Below, piece after piece: positions 51,392 to 61,329 of a DNA stretch of 64,000 nucleotides (position 1 is its first letter; the number at the start of each line of letters is the position of its first letter). The position numbers and the translations under genes are program-made. Under the pieces are notes generated by a model. It worked only from the letters and a program-made list of their open reading frames with translations. It was not told the DNA's origin and ran no database searches. The stretch is taken from NCBI GenBank assembly GCA_040776945.1, contig JAXGZN010000001.1:64001-128000 (forward strand), read 5' to 3'. The DNA is from Methanomassiliicoccaceae archaeon. Lineage in GTDB: Archaea > Thermoplasmatota > Thermoplasmata > Methanomassiliicoccales > Methanomassiliicoccaceae.

Positions 51392-52690
51392 ATGGAATCG
51401 TTCTCATTGATGGCGCAGCTAAAGGCCACTCCGGGATTGAGGCCTTCGCTCAATCTCGCGGACGCAACGGCGATCAACCTGGGGGCAATAATCGGGTCGG
51501 GGATCTTCGTCGTCACAGGCATCGCAGCCGGCTATGCTGGATCGGCGATAGTGATCTCCATCATCGTCGCCGCGGTGGTGTCCATATTGACGGCCATGAG
51601 CATAGTGGAGCTTACCATGTGGGACCCTCGGGAAGGCGGGGTCTATGACTACGCCCGCAAGCTGATCTCACCCTTGGCTGGCTTCATCTCCGGCTGGATG
51701 TGGGCCCTCTCCAACACCTTGATAGGCGCGGCGGTCGCCCTGAGCTTCGCTTTCTATCTGGCGGCGATCGTTCCAGGCCTGAGCGTGAACATCGTGGCCG
51801 CTCTTATCTGCCTCCTCTTCACGATATTGAACTACTACGGGGCGAGCCATTCTTCCGAGATCAACAACATCATCGTCGTTGCCAAGCTGGTCCTGATCTC
51901 TTTCTTCATCGGATTTGGGCTGCTCTTCATCAACATCTCCAACTTCCAGCCCTTCCAGCCCTTCCAGCCCGGCATGTTCGTTGGGGCGTTCTACATATTC
52001 TTTGCCTTCGGCGGGTTCGCCAGGGTCACAGTGATAGCGGAAGAGGTCAAAGAGCCAAGGAAGAACATATCGAAGGCCGTCTTCCTTTCGATCGCCATAT
52101 CGGTCGTCTTCTACGTCCTTGTGGCGCTGGTGGCGATCGGCCTTGTCGGAGCGAACGCGTTGTCCGGCTCGAGCTCTCCGCTGGCGTTCGCCATCAGCAC
52201 CACAGGCAATCATTGGGCGGTACTGTTCGTTTCTCTAGGGGGGATCCTGGCCACAGCTAGCGTTCTGATCACGACGATACTGGGCGTGTCAAGGATGGAG
52301 TACGCCATGGCCAGGAAGGGCGATCTCCCCAAGCAGCTAGGCTATATCCACAAACGCTACGGCACCCCTCATTGGAGCATCTGGACGACAGGGGCGATAA
52401 TAATGGCTCTGGTCCTCTTCGTGGACGTTGTGAGCGTGGTGGCCCTGAGCACGTTCACCCAAATATTGTATTACATGATGGCGAACATATCTGCTGTTCG
52501 TCTCAAAGTGGAGAAACGGCAATACTCCAGACTAGTCCCTGTCGTCGGCCTGCTGATGTGCACGGCCCTGCTCCTCGCGTCGGCCCTGATCGCGCCTCAG
52601 GCCATCATATTGGGATCGGCGGGGCTGGTCGTTGGGCTGGTCATCTGGGCGGTCAGGGCTAAAATGGAGAAAAGAACGCCGTCCGACTAG
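51392..52690 (+). CDS. APC-family amino acid permease
   Basis: GAIIGSGIF, EGGVYDY, FFAFGGF, AEEVKEP, GTP motifs. Confidence 0.92.
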   Translation: MESFSLMAQLKATPGLRPSLNLADATAINLGAIIGSGIFVVTGIAAGYAGSAIVISIIVAAVVSILTAMSIVELTMWDPREGGVYDYARKLISPLAGFISGWMWALSNTLIGAAVALSFAFYLAAIVPGLSVNIVAALICLLFTILNYYGASHSSEINNIIVVAKLVLISFFIGFGLLFINISNFQPFQPFQPGMFVGAFYIFFAFGGFARVTVIAEEVKEPRKNISKAVFLSIAISVVFYVLVALVAIGLVGANALSGSSSPLAFAISTTGNHWAVLFVSLGGILATASVLITTILGVSRMEYAMARKGDLPKQLGYIHKRYGTPHWSIWTTGAIIMALVLFVDVVSVVALSTFTQILYYMMANISAVRLKVEKRQYSRLVPVVGLLMCTALLLASALIAPQAIILGSAGLVVGLVIWAVRAKMEKRTPSD

Positions 52691-52760
52691 TTGGGCACCT
52701 CACGTTCCTGGATGTTCGGATGGGTTTCATTGGCTCCAGCATGTTATAGGTCATTGCCTC

Positions 52761-53519
52761 TCAGGCATTATATCTCTTGTAGATCCGGCCTGCCAGGAGC
52801 TGGAAGGTGACGATGAAGGCGATCAGCATGACCGCGTCCACGATGGGATCGAGATGCGATGTGCCGGAATATGCGGAAGCGATCAGATCATGTCCATAGG
52901 TGAGAGGGGAGAGATAGGTAACGAACTGGGCGAACGGAGGTATAGAAGATAGGGGTATGAACACGCCGGATATGAACAGCAAAGGCAGCCTGACGACATT
53001 GAGCATGGACATTATGTCTCCGGGGCTCTCGGTCGGATAGGCGGCGAACAGCGTCCCGACAGAGGCGAAACAGAACGAGGTGAGCAGGAGGCCCAGAAGA
53101 AGAGGGAGCGCACTTTGTACCGGCGTTCCGAAGATCACCGTCCCTCCTATAAGGGGCACCAGCGCTATGCCTATGCTGTAGATGAACCCGCTCAGGCTCT
53201 CACCCAGCACCATTGCAAAAAGAGATGCTGGTGCCGAGAGGAGGCGATCGAAGGTCTTCGTCCTGCGCTCAATGGGGATGGATACGGGCTCGATGGAGGA
53301 CGCCGAGAACAATATCGTGATGGCCACGAGCCCGGGGATCATGACCGATGGTCCCGAGGTGTTGCTGACCGAGAACGCCAGGAACATGAACAACGGGAAG
53401 AGCAGTCCGGAGACAATGATGTTCGGCTTGACATAATAGATCCTCATATCCTTCTTGGCTATCGCCCATGCCGCCCGGAGCTCGCGGACCAAGCGGTAGC
53501 AGCTAGCGTGCTCACTCAA
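52761..53519 (-). CDS. ABC-2 type permease
   Basis: ERRTKTFDRLLSAP, LFISGVFIP, SPLTY. Confidence 0.9.
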   Translation of the reverse strand: MSEHASCYRLVRELRAAWAIAKKDMRIYYVKPNIIVSGLLFPLFMFLAFSVSNTSGPSVMIPGLVAITILFSASSIEPVSIPIERRTKTFDRLLSAPASLFAMVLGESLSGFIYSIGIALVPLIGGTVIFGTPVQSALPLLLGLLLTSFCFASVGTLFAAYPTESPGDIMSMLNVVRLPLLFISGVFIPLSSIPPFAQFVTYLSPLTYGHDLIASAYSGTSHLDPIVDAVMLIAFIVTFQLLAGRIYKRYNA

Positions 53520-54468
53520 CGGTGGTCACCCCCTTGGCATGGACCTCCAGCCCGGTGAGCTTGATGAACACGTCTTCAAGGCTCGGACCGAACGTGTTCA
53601 GACTGACGATCCTATTCCCGCTGAGGTCGGCATATTCGGTCAGCTTCCCTATGACCTGGGAGGGGTCATCGGTAAAGAACCGCAGCTTATCGCCCTCTTT
53701 CCTGACCTCGCTGATGCCGGTCGATGCCTTCAGTTCGTCCAGCAGTCCAGGCGGCGCGCGGTCAAAGGCGACCTCGACCGATTGCACGCTCTGTATCGTG
53801 CTCTTGAGCTTCTCCGGCGAATCGATAGCGGCGATCCGGCCCTTGTTGATTATGGCCACCCGGTCGCAGATGAGGTTGGCCTCTGCAATGTTGTGGGTCG
53901 TAAGGAATACCGTTACCCCTTTCGAGCTGAGATCACGTATGACTTCGCGGATGATGAGATTGCTCTGCACGTCCAGGCCGGAAGTGGGCTCGTCCAGGAA
54001 GAGCAGGCGGGGCTCGTTGATCAGTCCCATCGCCAGCGTCAGTCGGCGCTTCATCCCTTTCGAGAAAACCCTCGCCTTGTCGTCCCTCCTTCCCCAGAGG
54101 TCGAACAGTTCCAGGAACTCCCGTCCTCTTTTTTTCCTCGTCGCCCTGTTTATGCCGTATAGCTCTGCCGAGAACATCAGGTTCTGCCACGCGGTAAGAT
54201 CGTCATAGATGTTCGAAACCTCATGGACTATGCCCATCAGTTCACGCGCCGCGATCGTCTCTTTGACTATGTCCAGACCAAATATCCTCGCCCTGCCGAC
54301 CGTGGGCTTCGATATGCCCGTTAAGATCCGTATCGTCGTGGTCTTGCCGGCACCATTGGGCCCGAGGAACCCGAAGGTCTCGCCCTCCCTGACCGAAAAA
54401 CTGACGTCGGACAGTGCCTGGAAATCTCCGAACCGTTTCGATAGTTTTTCAACCTCGATGGCGAGCAA
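53512..54468 (-). CDS. ABC-2 type (DrrA-like) ATPase
   Basis: GPNGAGKTT, FSKGMKRR, LDEPTSGLD, PSLEDVF. Confidence 0.92.
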   Translation of the reverse strand: MLAIEVEKLSKRFGDFQALSDVSFSVREGETFGFLGPNGAGKTTTIRILTGISKPTVGRARIFGLDIVKETIAARELMGIVHEVSNIYDDLTAWQNLMFSAELYGINRATRKKRGREFLELFDLWGRRDDKARVFSKGMKRRLTLAMGLINEPRLLFLDEPTSGLDVQSNLIIREVIRDLSSKGVTVFLTTHNIAEANLICDRVAIINKGRIAAIDSPEKLKSTIQSVQSVEVAFDRAPPGLLDELKASTGISEVRKEGDKLRFFTDDPSQVIGKLTEYADLSGNRIVSLNTFGPSLEDVFIKLTGLEVHAKGVTTVE

Positions 54469-54792
54469 GGGTCAAGCTCCCTCATGATCATACTGGCGGC
54501 CGTCTTTAAAAAGGGACGGAACGAACCTACTGTTGTCCCGAGAGCGCGATATGCGGGCACCATCACCATCGTCGATCGACAGACCTGAAGGTCCGACGGA
54601 TGAACGGTAAGTTCGTGCGGCCGCCGCTCCATGCCCAAGATCCTCCTCGGCCTCCCGTGAAGAGCGCTATATCCGGTGCATCCTTATCACAGCGGGAACT
54701 CGATGGGAGACGGGCCAAGATCTACATGCCGCTAGAGGATTCCCTGAAAATGGATATCTTATGGCCAGATGGGGGACGGGCTTCACGGCAGG

Positions 54793-55010
54793 TTTAAATA
54801 TAACAACCATAATCCCACACGCACGCTGTAAGCGCTGAGGACGTTCGACCAGACGCCATGGGCAATGCTCTGCATCCCAATTTCCCCTCTACTTCCATTC
54901 TCGGAGGGCGGATAACGCGTCACGGTCGGAGGTGCTGACCTCGAGCGATCGAGTAAAAAAGAGGCGCAAGCACAGAGAGTGGATTCTCTCAAGAGAAGAG
55001 AGGGAGAACC
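54793..55010 (+). promoter_or_regulatory. Promoter and structured 5' leader of the ribosomal protein cluster
   Basis: TTTAAATA at 54793-54800, followed by nested stems and a GCGA tetraloop hairpin. Confidence 0.55.
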
Positions 55011-56012
55011 ATGCCAAACAAGAGACGTCCAAAACAAGGTTCGCATGCGTATTCGCCCAGGAAGCGAGCGGTAAGCCAGACGCCCAGGCTAGATTCATGG
55101 CCCGAGATCAGCGAAGGCCCTAAGCTGCAGGGCTTCGCTGGCTACAAGGCCGGAATGACCCACGCGTTCGTGGTGGACTTCAACAAGAACAGCCTCACTG
55201 GAGGCCAGGAGATCCAGGTCCCCGTGACCGTCCTTGAAGTGCCCCCGATGAAGGTCGCTGCGGTCAGGGTCTACGAGAACACTCGCTACGGCCTAAGGAC
55301 CGCAGGAGAGGTGTGGGCGAACGGCCTCGACCAGAGCCTCGCCCGAAGGTTGCCCATTCCCAAGAACCAGGACCTCGAGAAGGCCTGGGAGGAGCTGAGC
55401 AAGAAGGATATCGATGACGTTCGCGTCCTGACCTACACCCAGCCCAAGATGGTCACCGGCGTGCCCAAGAAGGTCGCCGACCTGATGGAGACCAGGGTGG
55501 GTGGAGGCACCGTTGCCCAGAGGCTTGAGTATGCAAAGGGATTGTTGGGAAAGGAGATCACTGTCGCCGAGTTCGCCAAGGACGGAGCGATCATCGACGT
55601 GTCCGCTGTCACCAAGGGGAAGGGATTCCAGGGTGCCGTCAAGAGGTGGGGGGTCAAGCTGCTTTCCCATAAGAACTCCAAGCACCGCAGGATGATCGGT
55701 ACTCTCGCGCCCAAGAGGCCTGGGTACGTCAGGCCTCAGGTGCCTCAGGCCGGCCAGGTCGGCTACCATCAGAGGACCGAGTTCAACAAGCGGATCCTCA
55801 AGATTGGGGAGAAGGGCGAGGAGGTCAACCCCAAGGGCGGGTTCGTACATTACGGCAACGTCAGGAACAACTATGTTCTCATACACGGCTCAGTTCCGGG
55901 CCCCACAAAGAGGCTCATTCGCCTTAGGGACCCCGTGAGGCCGGCCGGCATCATGCTCAAGGAGGCGCCGAACATGGTATATGTCTCCACCGAGTCCAAG
56001 CAGGGGGCCTGA
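55011..56012 (+). CDS. rpl3: 50S ribosomal protein L3
   Basis: GYKAGMTH, KGKGFQG, GYHQRTE. Confidence 0.98.
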   Translation: MPNKRRPKQGSHAYSPRKRAVSQTPRLDSWPEISEGPKLQGFAGYKAGMTHAFVVDFNKNSLTGGQEIQVPVTVLEVPPMKVAAVRVYENTRYGLRTAGEVWANGLDQSLARRLPIPKNQDLEKAWEELSKKDIDDVRVLTYTQPKMVTGVPKKVADLMETRVGGGTVAQRLEYAKGLLGKEITVAEFAKDGAIIDVSAVTKGKGFQGAVKRWGVKLLSHKNSKHRRMIGTLAPKRPGYVRPQVPQAGQVGYHQRTEFNKRILKIGEKGEEVNPKGGFVHYGNVRNNYVLIHGSVPGPTKRLIRLRDPVRPAGIMLKEAPNMVYVSTESKQGA

Positions 56013-56017
56013 GTACC

Positions 56018-56788
56018 ATGGCCAAGAACAATGTAAATATATATTCAGTCAAGGGCGACATCATAAAGAGCGTAGAGCTTCCCGCTGCCTTCGCTGCCGA
56101 GTTCAGGCCGGACATCATCCACCGCGCTGCGGTAGCCGAGCAGGCCAACCGGCGCCAGCCTTACGGGCCGAGCCCCACCGCGGGCGTCAGGCATGCCGTT
56201 TCTCAATGGGGAAAGGGCCGCGGCACCGCTCGTGTGCAGAGACTTACCCAGGGCAGCAAGGCCGCCGAGTCCCCGAACAATGTGGGCGGTCGCAGGGCCT
56301 TCCCGCCCAAGCCTGAGAAGGACTACTCTAAGAAGGTCAACCGGAAGGAGAAGTTCAAGGCCAAGCTGTCCGCCCTGGCCGCCCTGTCCGACCTTGAGAT
56401 GGTCAAGAAGAGAGGGCATCAGTTCGATGACGGCCTTACCATGCCTGTGATCGTTGAGGATGACTTCGAGAGATTGGCCACCACCGGCGATGTGGTCTCC
56501 GCCCTGGAGAACATCGGCGTCTCTGCGGACCTGGAGAGGGCCAAGGACGGAAAGAAGATACGTGCTGGGCGCGGCAAGATGAGGGGCAGGAAGTACAAGA
56601 CCCCGCGGAGCATCCTCGTGGTCGTTTCGGCCAAGGAGGCCCCCGTGTTCAAAGGCGCGAACAACCTGCCTGGCGTCGAGATCGTGTCGACCGAGGGACT
56701 GAGCGCTGGCGTGCTTGCTCCCGGCGGAATGGCTGGAAGGCTAGCGGTCTTCTCAGAGTCCGCCCTCAAGAAGATAGGAGAGTGGTAG
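56018..56788 (+). CDS. rpl4: 50S ribosomal protein L4
   Basis: RPDII, WGKGRG, GGRRAFPP, RAGRGKMRGR. Confidence 0.98.
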   Translation: MAKNNVNIYSVKGDIIKSVELPAAFAAEFRPDIIHRAAVAEQANRRQPYGPSPTAGVRHAVSQWGKGRGTARVQRLTQGSKAAESPNNVGGRRAFPPKPEKDYSKKVNRKEKFKAKLSALAALSDLEMVKKRGHQFDDGLTMPVIVEDDFERLATTGDVVSALENIGVSADLERAKDGKKIRAGRGKMRGRKYKTPRSILVVVSAKEAPVFKGANNLPGVEIVSTEGLSAGVLAPGGMAGRLAVFSESALKKIGEW

Positions 56789-57072
56789 ATTTGGCAAAGA
56801 CCGAGATCCTCCTTCACCCTTATGTTACAGAGAAGACAATGAACCATATGACCGGGACCCCCACCCAGGACTTTAAGGATGGTAACCGCATCGAGTTCGT
56901 GGTGGTCAGGGAGGCCTCCAAAAAGGAGATCAAGGAGGCCTTCGAGAAGCACTTCGACGTCAAGGTCCTGAAGGTATGGACCAAGATAACCAAGGAAGGA
57001 AAGCGCGCAACCATCCAACTCGCCGAGGGTTACTCGGCCGAGGACATCGGGATGAGGATTGGAGTGTTCTGA
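56782..57072 (+). CDS. rpl23: 50S ribosomal protein L23
   Basis: HPYVTEK, KKEIKEAFE, gene order. Confidence 0.95.
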   Translation: MVDLAKTEILLHPYVTEKTMNHMTGTPTQDFKDGNRIEFVVVREASKKEIKEAFEKHFDVKVLKVWTKITKEGKRATIQLAEGYSAEDIGMRIGVF

Positions 57073-57081
57073 GGGGATATT

Positions 57082-57777
57082 ATGGGAAAGCAGCTCAGAC
57101 AACAGAGACGGGGCAAGGGCGGCGCGGTCTACCGCAACCCTGGCCACAGGCAGATCGGCAGCATCCGATATCCTAACGTTGATGCCGGCAGCGGCAAGAT
57201 CGTCGACCTGGTCCACGCTCCTGGACGCAGCAGCCCGCTTGCGAAGATCGACTTCTCCGGCGAGAGGGTCCTCATGCTGGCCGCTGAGGGAATGACGGTC
57301 GGCAACACTGTCAGCTATGACCTTGGTGCCACGGACCTCAGTCCGGGGAACGTGGTACCGCTCAGCGCGGTGCCGGAAGGCAGCTTCGTATACAACATCG
57401 AGGGGCAGCCCGGCGACGGCGGCAAGTTCGTACGCGTTGCCGGAGCGTCCGCAACCGTGGTGAGCAGGGGCAACAAGGTCGTTGTCCTCATGCCGTCAGG
57501 CTCGTTCAAGACCTTCGATCCCCGGTGCCGCGCCTCTCTCGGCGTGGTCGCCGGAGGCGGTCAGAAGGAGAAGCCGTTCGGTAAGGCGGGCAACAAGTTC
57601 CACGCCTACCGCAGCAAGAGCAAGGCGAACTTCAAGGTCAAAGGATTGGCCATGAACGCGGTGGACCATCCGCATGGCGGCGGTGGCCATCCTCATGTGG
57701 GCAAGCCAAGCACTGTCAGCCGGAACGCATCGCCCGGACGTAAGGTCGGCCGCCTTTCGCCCAAGCGGAGGAAGTGA
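57082..57777 (+). CDS. rpl2: 50S ribosomal protein L2
   Basis: QRRGKG, AMNAVDHPHGGG, PGRKVG. Confidence 0.98.
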   Translation: MGKQLRQQRRGKGGAVYRNPGHRQIGSIRYPNVDAGSGKIVDLVHAPGRSSPLAKIDFSGERVLMLAAEGMTVGNTVSYDLGATDLSPGNVVPLSAVPEGSFVYNIEGQPGDGGKFVRVAGASATVVSRGNKVVVLMPSGSFKTFDPRCRASLGVVAGGGQKEKPFGKAGNKFHAYRSKSKANFKVKGLAMNAVDHPHGGGGHPHVGKPSTVSRNASPGRKVGRLSPKRRK

Positions 57778-57782
57778 TCTAC

Positions 57783-58244
57783 ATGGCAAAGGAGAAGATA
57801 GGCGGTCAGAAGGCCGCGCGCAGGAAGCAGCGCAAGAAGAAGGGCGGCATCACCGCCCGGCGCAAGAAGGAGTTCACCTACCGGGGCTTCACTATGGAGG
57901 AGATGCTGGAGATGCCCTTCGATGAGATGGTCACTTTGCTCCCGTCCCGGGCCCGGAGGACCCTGGCCCGTGGAATGAACGAAGAGCAGAGGACCGCCTT
58001 CGAGGTCCTCAGGTCCGGTAACCGCGAGGTGACCAGGACCCACCGCAGGGACGTGCCCATAATCCCCCAGTTCGTGGGAAAAAGGGTCGCCGTTCACAAC
58101 GGGAAGGAGTTCCTGGAGTTCGAGATCAAGCCCGAGATGATCGGGCATTTCACAGGCGAGTTCGCCTTGACCAGGCGCGAAGTGAAACATTCTGGACCGG
58201 GCGTAGGTGCCACCAGAGGTTCCAAGTTCCTGCCGCTTAAGTGA
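57783..58244 (+). CDS. rps19: 30S ribosomal protein S19
   Basis: FTYRG, RTHRRD, HNGKEF, MIGH..GEF. Confidence 0.97.
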   Translation: MAKEKIGGQKAARRKQRKKKGGITARRKKEFTYRGFTMEEMLEMPFDEMVTLLPSRARRTLARGMNEEQRTAFEVLRSGNREVTRTHRRDVPIIPQFVGKRVAVHNGKEFLEFEIKPEMIGHFTGEFALTRREVKHSGPGVGATRGSKFLPLK

Positions 58245-58253
58245 GGTGGAAGC

Positions 58254-58700
58254 ATGGCTGGATACACTCAAAATGCAGATCCGGACAAGACCGCGAGGGC
58301 CATCGGGAAGGAGATGCCCATCTCCCCCAAGGACTCCCGCGAGATCTGCCGCATGCTCAGGGGCAGGAAGGTCAACGTGGCGATCAGGATGCTCGAGGAG
58401 GTCATGGACCTCAAGAGGCCGGTCCAGTTCGCCCGCTTCAACACCGGTGTGGCCCATAAGGCCGGCGTCGGCCCTGGCCGCTTCCCCGTGAAGTCGGCCT
58501 CGGCCATACTCGACGTGATCAACAGCGCGAAGCACAACGCCGAGTACAAAGGCCTTGACGCTGAGAACATGAAGGTGAAGGTCATCACCGCAAATCTTGG
58601 AAGAACGACCCCTGGGCACATGCCCCGCGCCCATGGCCGGAGCACCCCTTGGAACCAGCAGACCGTCAATATCGAGGTAATCTTGGAGGAGGCACAGTAA
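58254..58700 (+). CDS. rpl22: 50S ribosomal protein L22
   Basis: ISPK..REIC, GRFPVK, NAEYKGLD, PRAHGR. Confidence 0.97.
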   Translation: MAGYTQNADPDKTARAIGKEMPISPKDSREICRMLRGRKVNVAIRMLEEVMDLKRPVQFARFNTGVAHKAGVGPGRFPVKSASAILDVINSAKHNAEYKGLDAENMKVKVITANLGRTTPGHMPRAHGRSTPWNQQTVNIEVILEEAQ

Positions 58701-58702
58701 GC

Positions 58703-59440
58703 ATGGCTAACGAGAGGAAGTTCATAGCCGAGAACGTCCGCAGGGTCCTCCTCAAGGAGTACTTGATGAAGGAGGTCACTAGGGCCGGGTTCGGCGGGCT
58801 AGACGTACAGAGGACCCCTATGGGCACCAGGGTGACGCTCGTGACCGAGCGCCCTGGCATCGTGATCGGCCGCCGCGGGTCGGCCATCAAGAAACTCACC
58901 GACGCCATCGAGAAGGATTTCAAGTTCGACAATCCCCAGGTCGAGGTGCACGAGGTAGCGAACCCCAATCTGAACGCCCAGATCATGGCCGAGAAGCTTG
59001 CGTTCGCCCTAGAAAGGGGCTGGCACTTCAGGCGGGCCGGTCATAGCACCATCCGCCGGGTCATGGACGCTGGTGCGAGAGGTTGCCACATAATTGTGGC
59101 CGGCAAGCTGACCGGGCAGAGGCATCGGACCGAGAAGTTCAAGGAAGGCTACATCAAGTTCTGCGGAGAACCGAAGCTGAAGGACGTGGACAAGGGCTAC
59201 GCTGTAGCGAAGCTCAAGCCCGGTGTCATCGGCGTCACCGTGGAGATCATGCGCCCGGACGCCAAGCTGCCGGACGAGATAGATGTCACCGCCCCCAGCG
59301 AGGCGGCCGAGAAGTTCCCTGAACTGCAGCCCCTTATGGTGAAGAAGGAGGAGCCCTCGGTCATCGTACCCAACGAGGGCGCCACAGAGGAGCCTGCCCC
59401 GGCCGAAGAGGGCACCAACGTGATGGAGAGTGAGGAGTGA
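58703..59440 (+). CDS. rps3: 30S ribosomal protein S3
   Basis: KH motif PGIVIGRRG, ERGWHFRRA, GKLTG. Confidence 0.97.
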   Translation: MANERKFIAENVRRVLLKEYLMKEVTRAGFGGLDVQRTPMGTRVTLVTERPGIVIGRRGSAIKKLTDAIEKDFKFDNPQVEVHEVANPNLNAQIMAEKLAFALERGWHFRRAGHSTIRRVMDAGARGCHIIVAGKLTGQRHRTEKFKEGYIKFCGEPKLKDVDKGYAVAKLKPGVIGVTVEIMRPDAKLPDEIDVTAPSEAAEKFPELQPLMVKKEEPSVIVPNEGATEEPAPAEEGTNVMESEE

Positions 59441-59640
59441 TGGCTCTCCTGCGCACGTCGGAGATCAGGGACATGAGCGCCGAGGACCGCGCCAAGAAAC
59501 TGCGCGAGCTCCGCGACGAGCTCATGCACGAGAGAGGAACTGCAGCGATGGGTGGAGCGCCCACCAATCCTGGAAGGATTCGGGCCCTCAGGACCAACAT
59601 TGCTAGGATCGAGACCATCCTGAAGGAGGAGGAGAAGTAA
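59440..59640 (+). CDS. rpl29: 50S ribosomal protein L29
   Basis: EIRDMS...NPGRIRALRTNIARIET. Confidence 0.96.
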   Translation: MALLRTSEIRDMSAEDRAKKLRELRDELMHERGTAAMGGAPTNPGRIRALRTNIARIETILKEEEK

Positions 59641-59642
59641 TA

Positions 59643-59942
59643 ATGGCTGAAATCTGCCCGGTATGTGGGCTGCCCAAGGAACTGTGCATGTGCGAGGAGA
59701 TCGCGCGTGAGCAGCAGACCGTAAGGATCAGCACGGACAGCAGGCGCTACGGCAAGATCGTGACAGTGGTCGAAGGCATAGACGAGAACGACATCGACAT
59801 GGACGATCTGGCAAAGAAGCTTAAAAGCAAGTGCGCCGCTGGCGGCACGGCCAAGGAAGGCCGTATCGAGCTGCAGGGAGACCACAAAAAGAAGGTCAAA
59901 GAGGTCCTCGAACAGATGGGCTTCAAGACGGATGTCAGATGA
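59643..59942 (+). CDS. SUI1/aIF1 translation factor
   Basis: CPVCGLPKELC, RRYGK, CAAGGT, IELQGDH. Confidence 0.95.
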   Translation: MAEICPVCGLPKELCMCEEIAREQQTVRISTDSRRYGKIVTVVEGIDENDIDMDDLAKKLKSKCAAGGTAKEGRIELQGDHKKKVKEVLEQMGFKTDVR

Positions 59943-60202
59943 GCGTGAACAAGAGGGATCTCATGAGGTCAGAACTTATCGGCTTGGAGGTCGAAGTATT
60001 GCCCAATCCTGGCTGCGGCACCGTCCGCGGGGTGGTGGTGGACGAGACCAAACGCACCTTCGTGATCCGAAAGGAGGGTCGCGAGGTCATCGTTCCCAAG
60101 TCGTCCAATGAGTTCCTGTTCACATACCAGGGAGACAAGGTCAAGATTCACGGTTCGGAGATCCAGCACCGACCTGAGGATCGTATCAAGAAGATTAGGT
60201 GA
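59939..60202 (+). CDS. rnp1: RNase P protein Rpp29
   Basis: ELIGLEV, GVVVDET, VPK, RPEDRIK. Confidence 0.93.
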   Translation: MSVNKRDLMRSELIGLEVEVLPNPGCGTVRGVVVDETKRTFVIRKEGREVIVPKSSNEFLFTYQGDKVKIHGSEIQHRPEDRIKKIR

Positions 60203-60207
60203 TCCCA

Positions 60208-60537
60208 ATGGCTAATGAAGTCAAGGATATAGGAATCGATGTAAGGGCGCCCGAGTCCGCCTGCGCCGATAAGCACTGCCCCTTCCACGGAGAGCTGTCG
60301 GTCAAGGGCCAGACCATCGAGGGGGTAGTAATCTCCACTAAGATGGACAAGACCGCGGTGGTCGAGCGCAACTACCTCAAGTACCAAGAGAAGTACGAGC
60401 GTTATGAGAAGAGAACGAGCCATTACTCAGCGCACAACCCTCCCTGTCTGGGGGTGAAGGCAGGCGACAAGGTCAGGATCATGGAGTGCCGCCCGCTGAG
60501 CAAGACCGTTTCCTTCGTGATCATTGAGAAGAGGTGA
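60208..60537 (+). CDS. rps17: 30S ribosomal protein S17
   Basis: CPFHG, KYERYEKR, ECRPLSKT. Confidence 0.97.
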   Translation: MANEVKDIGIDVRAPESACADKHCPFHGELSVKGQTIEGVVISTKMDKTAVVERNYLKYQEKYERYEKRTSHYSAHNPPCLGVKAGDKVRIMECRPLSKTVSFVIIEKR

Positions 60538-60542
60538 GCGAG

Positions 60543-60941
60543 ATGAAAGGAGTTGCAGGCAAGCAGTGTCGGGGCGTCCAGATGGGTTCCGTGCTCAACG
60601 TTATTGACAACACGGGCGCCAAGACGATCTCGATCATCACCGTCCCGGGGTATCATGGCACCAACCGCCGTTACCCCAAGGCCGGCGTGGGAGACATAGT
60701 CATCGCCTCCGTTAAGAAGGGGAGCCCGGAGATGAGGAGGCAGGTCGTCCACGCGGTCATCGTCCGTCAGCGCCGGCCGTTCCGCCGAGCTGACGGCATC
60801 ATGGTGCAATTCGAGGACAATGCGGCGGTCATCACCACCGAAGAGGGTGAGACCAAGGGAACGGACATCAAGGGACCTGTGGCCAGGGAAGCGGCGGAGA
60901 GATGGCCCCGCATAGCGGCGACCGCCTCCACGATAATATGA
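60543..60941 (+). CDS. rpl14: 50S ribosomal protein L14
   Basis: DNTGAK, AVIVRQR, FEDNAAV, GPVAREAA. Confidence 0.97.
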   Translation: MKGVAGKQCRGVQMGSVLNVIDNTGAKTISIITVPGYHGTNRRYPKAGVGDIVIASVKKGSPEMRRQVVHAVIVRQRRPFRRADGIMVQFEDNAAVITTEEGETKGTDIKGPVAREAAERWPRIAATASTII

Positions 60942-60951
60942 AGGTGAGGAA

Positions 60952-61329
60952 ATGGTAGAGAGCAAGAAAGCACGAAAGCAGAGGAAGTCCTTCTTCAATG
61001 CTCCCAACCACATCCGGAGGAAGAACATATCCTCCAATCTGAGCGATGACCTTCGGAAGGAGTACAAGCTCCGGTCGCTGCAGGTCATCAAGGGAGACAC
61101 CGTGAAGGTAATGCGCGGCGACGAGGAGTTCCTCGGGCTCGAGGGCAAGGTCGCCGCCGTCATGACGAAGACCGGCAGGATCACCGTGGAGGGCCTGACC
61201 GTCGCCAAGGCGGATGGAACTCAGATCGCCAAGCCGGTCCACGCATCCAAGGTCATGATCACTAAGCTTGACCTCTCCGACCCCAAGCGGAAGGAGAAGC
61301 TGGCAAGGGCCAAGGAGGTTTCACAATGA
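60952..61329 (+). CDS. rpl24: 50S ribosomal protein L24
   Basis: RKQRK, KOW motif KGDTVKVMRG, HASKV. Confidence 0.96.
   Translation: MVESKKARKQRKSFFNAPNHIRRKNISSNLSDDLRKEYKLRSLQVIKGDTVKVMRGDEEFLGLEGKVAAVMTKTGRITVEGLTVAKADGTQIAKPVHASKVMITKLDLSDPKRKEKLARAKEVSQ

Noticed and set aside
51943-51970. 9-bp unit x3 encoding FQPFQPFQP
   Set aside because: In frame and coincides with the common NFxPFxP loop of APC permeases. Not a phase-variation tract.
20685-54518. Similar 18-mers at 20685-20702 and 54501-54518
   Set aside because: Only two copies with 2 mismatches. The second is explained as a TATA region of the ABC-2 operon.
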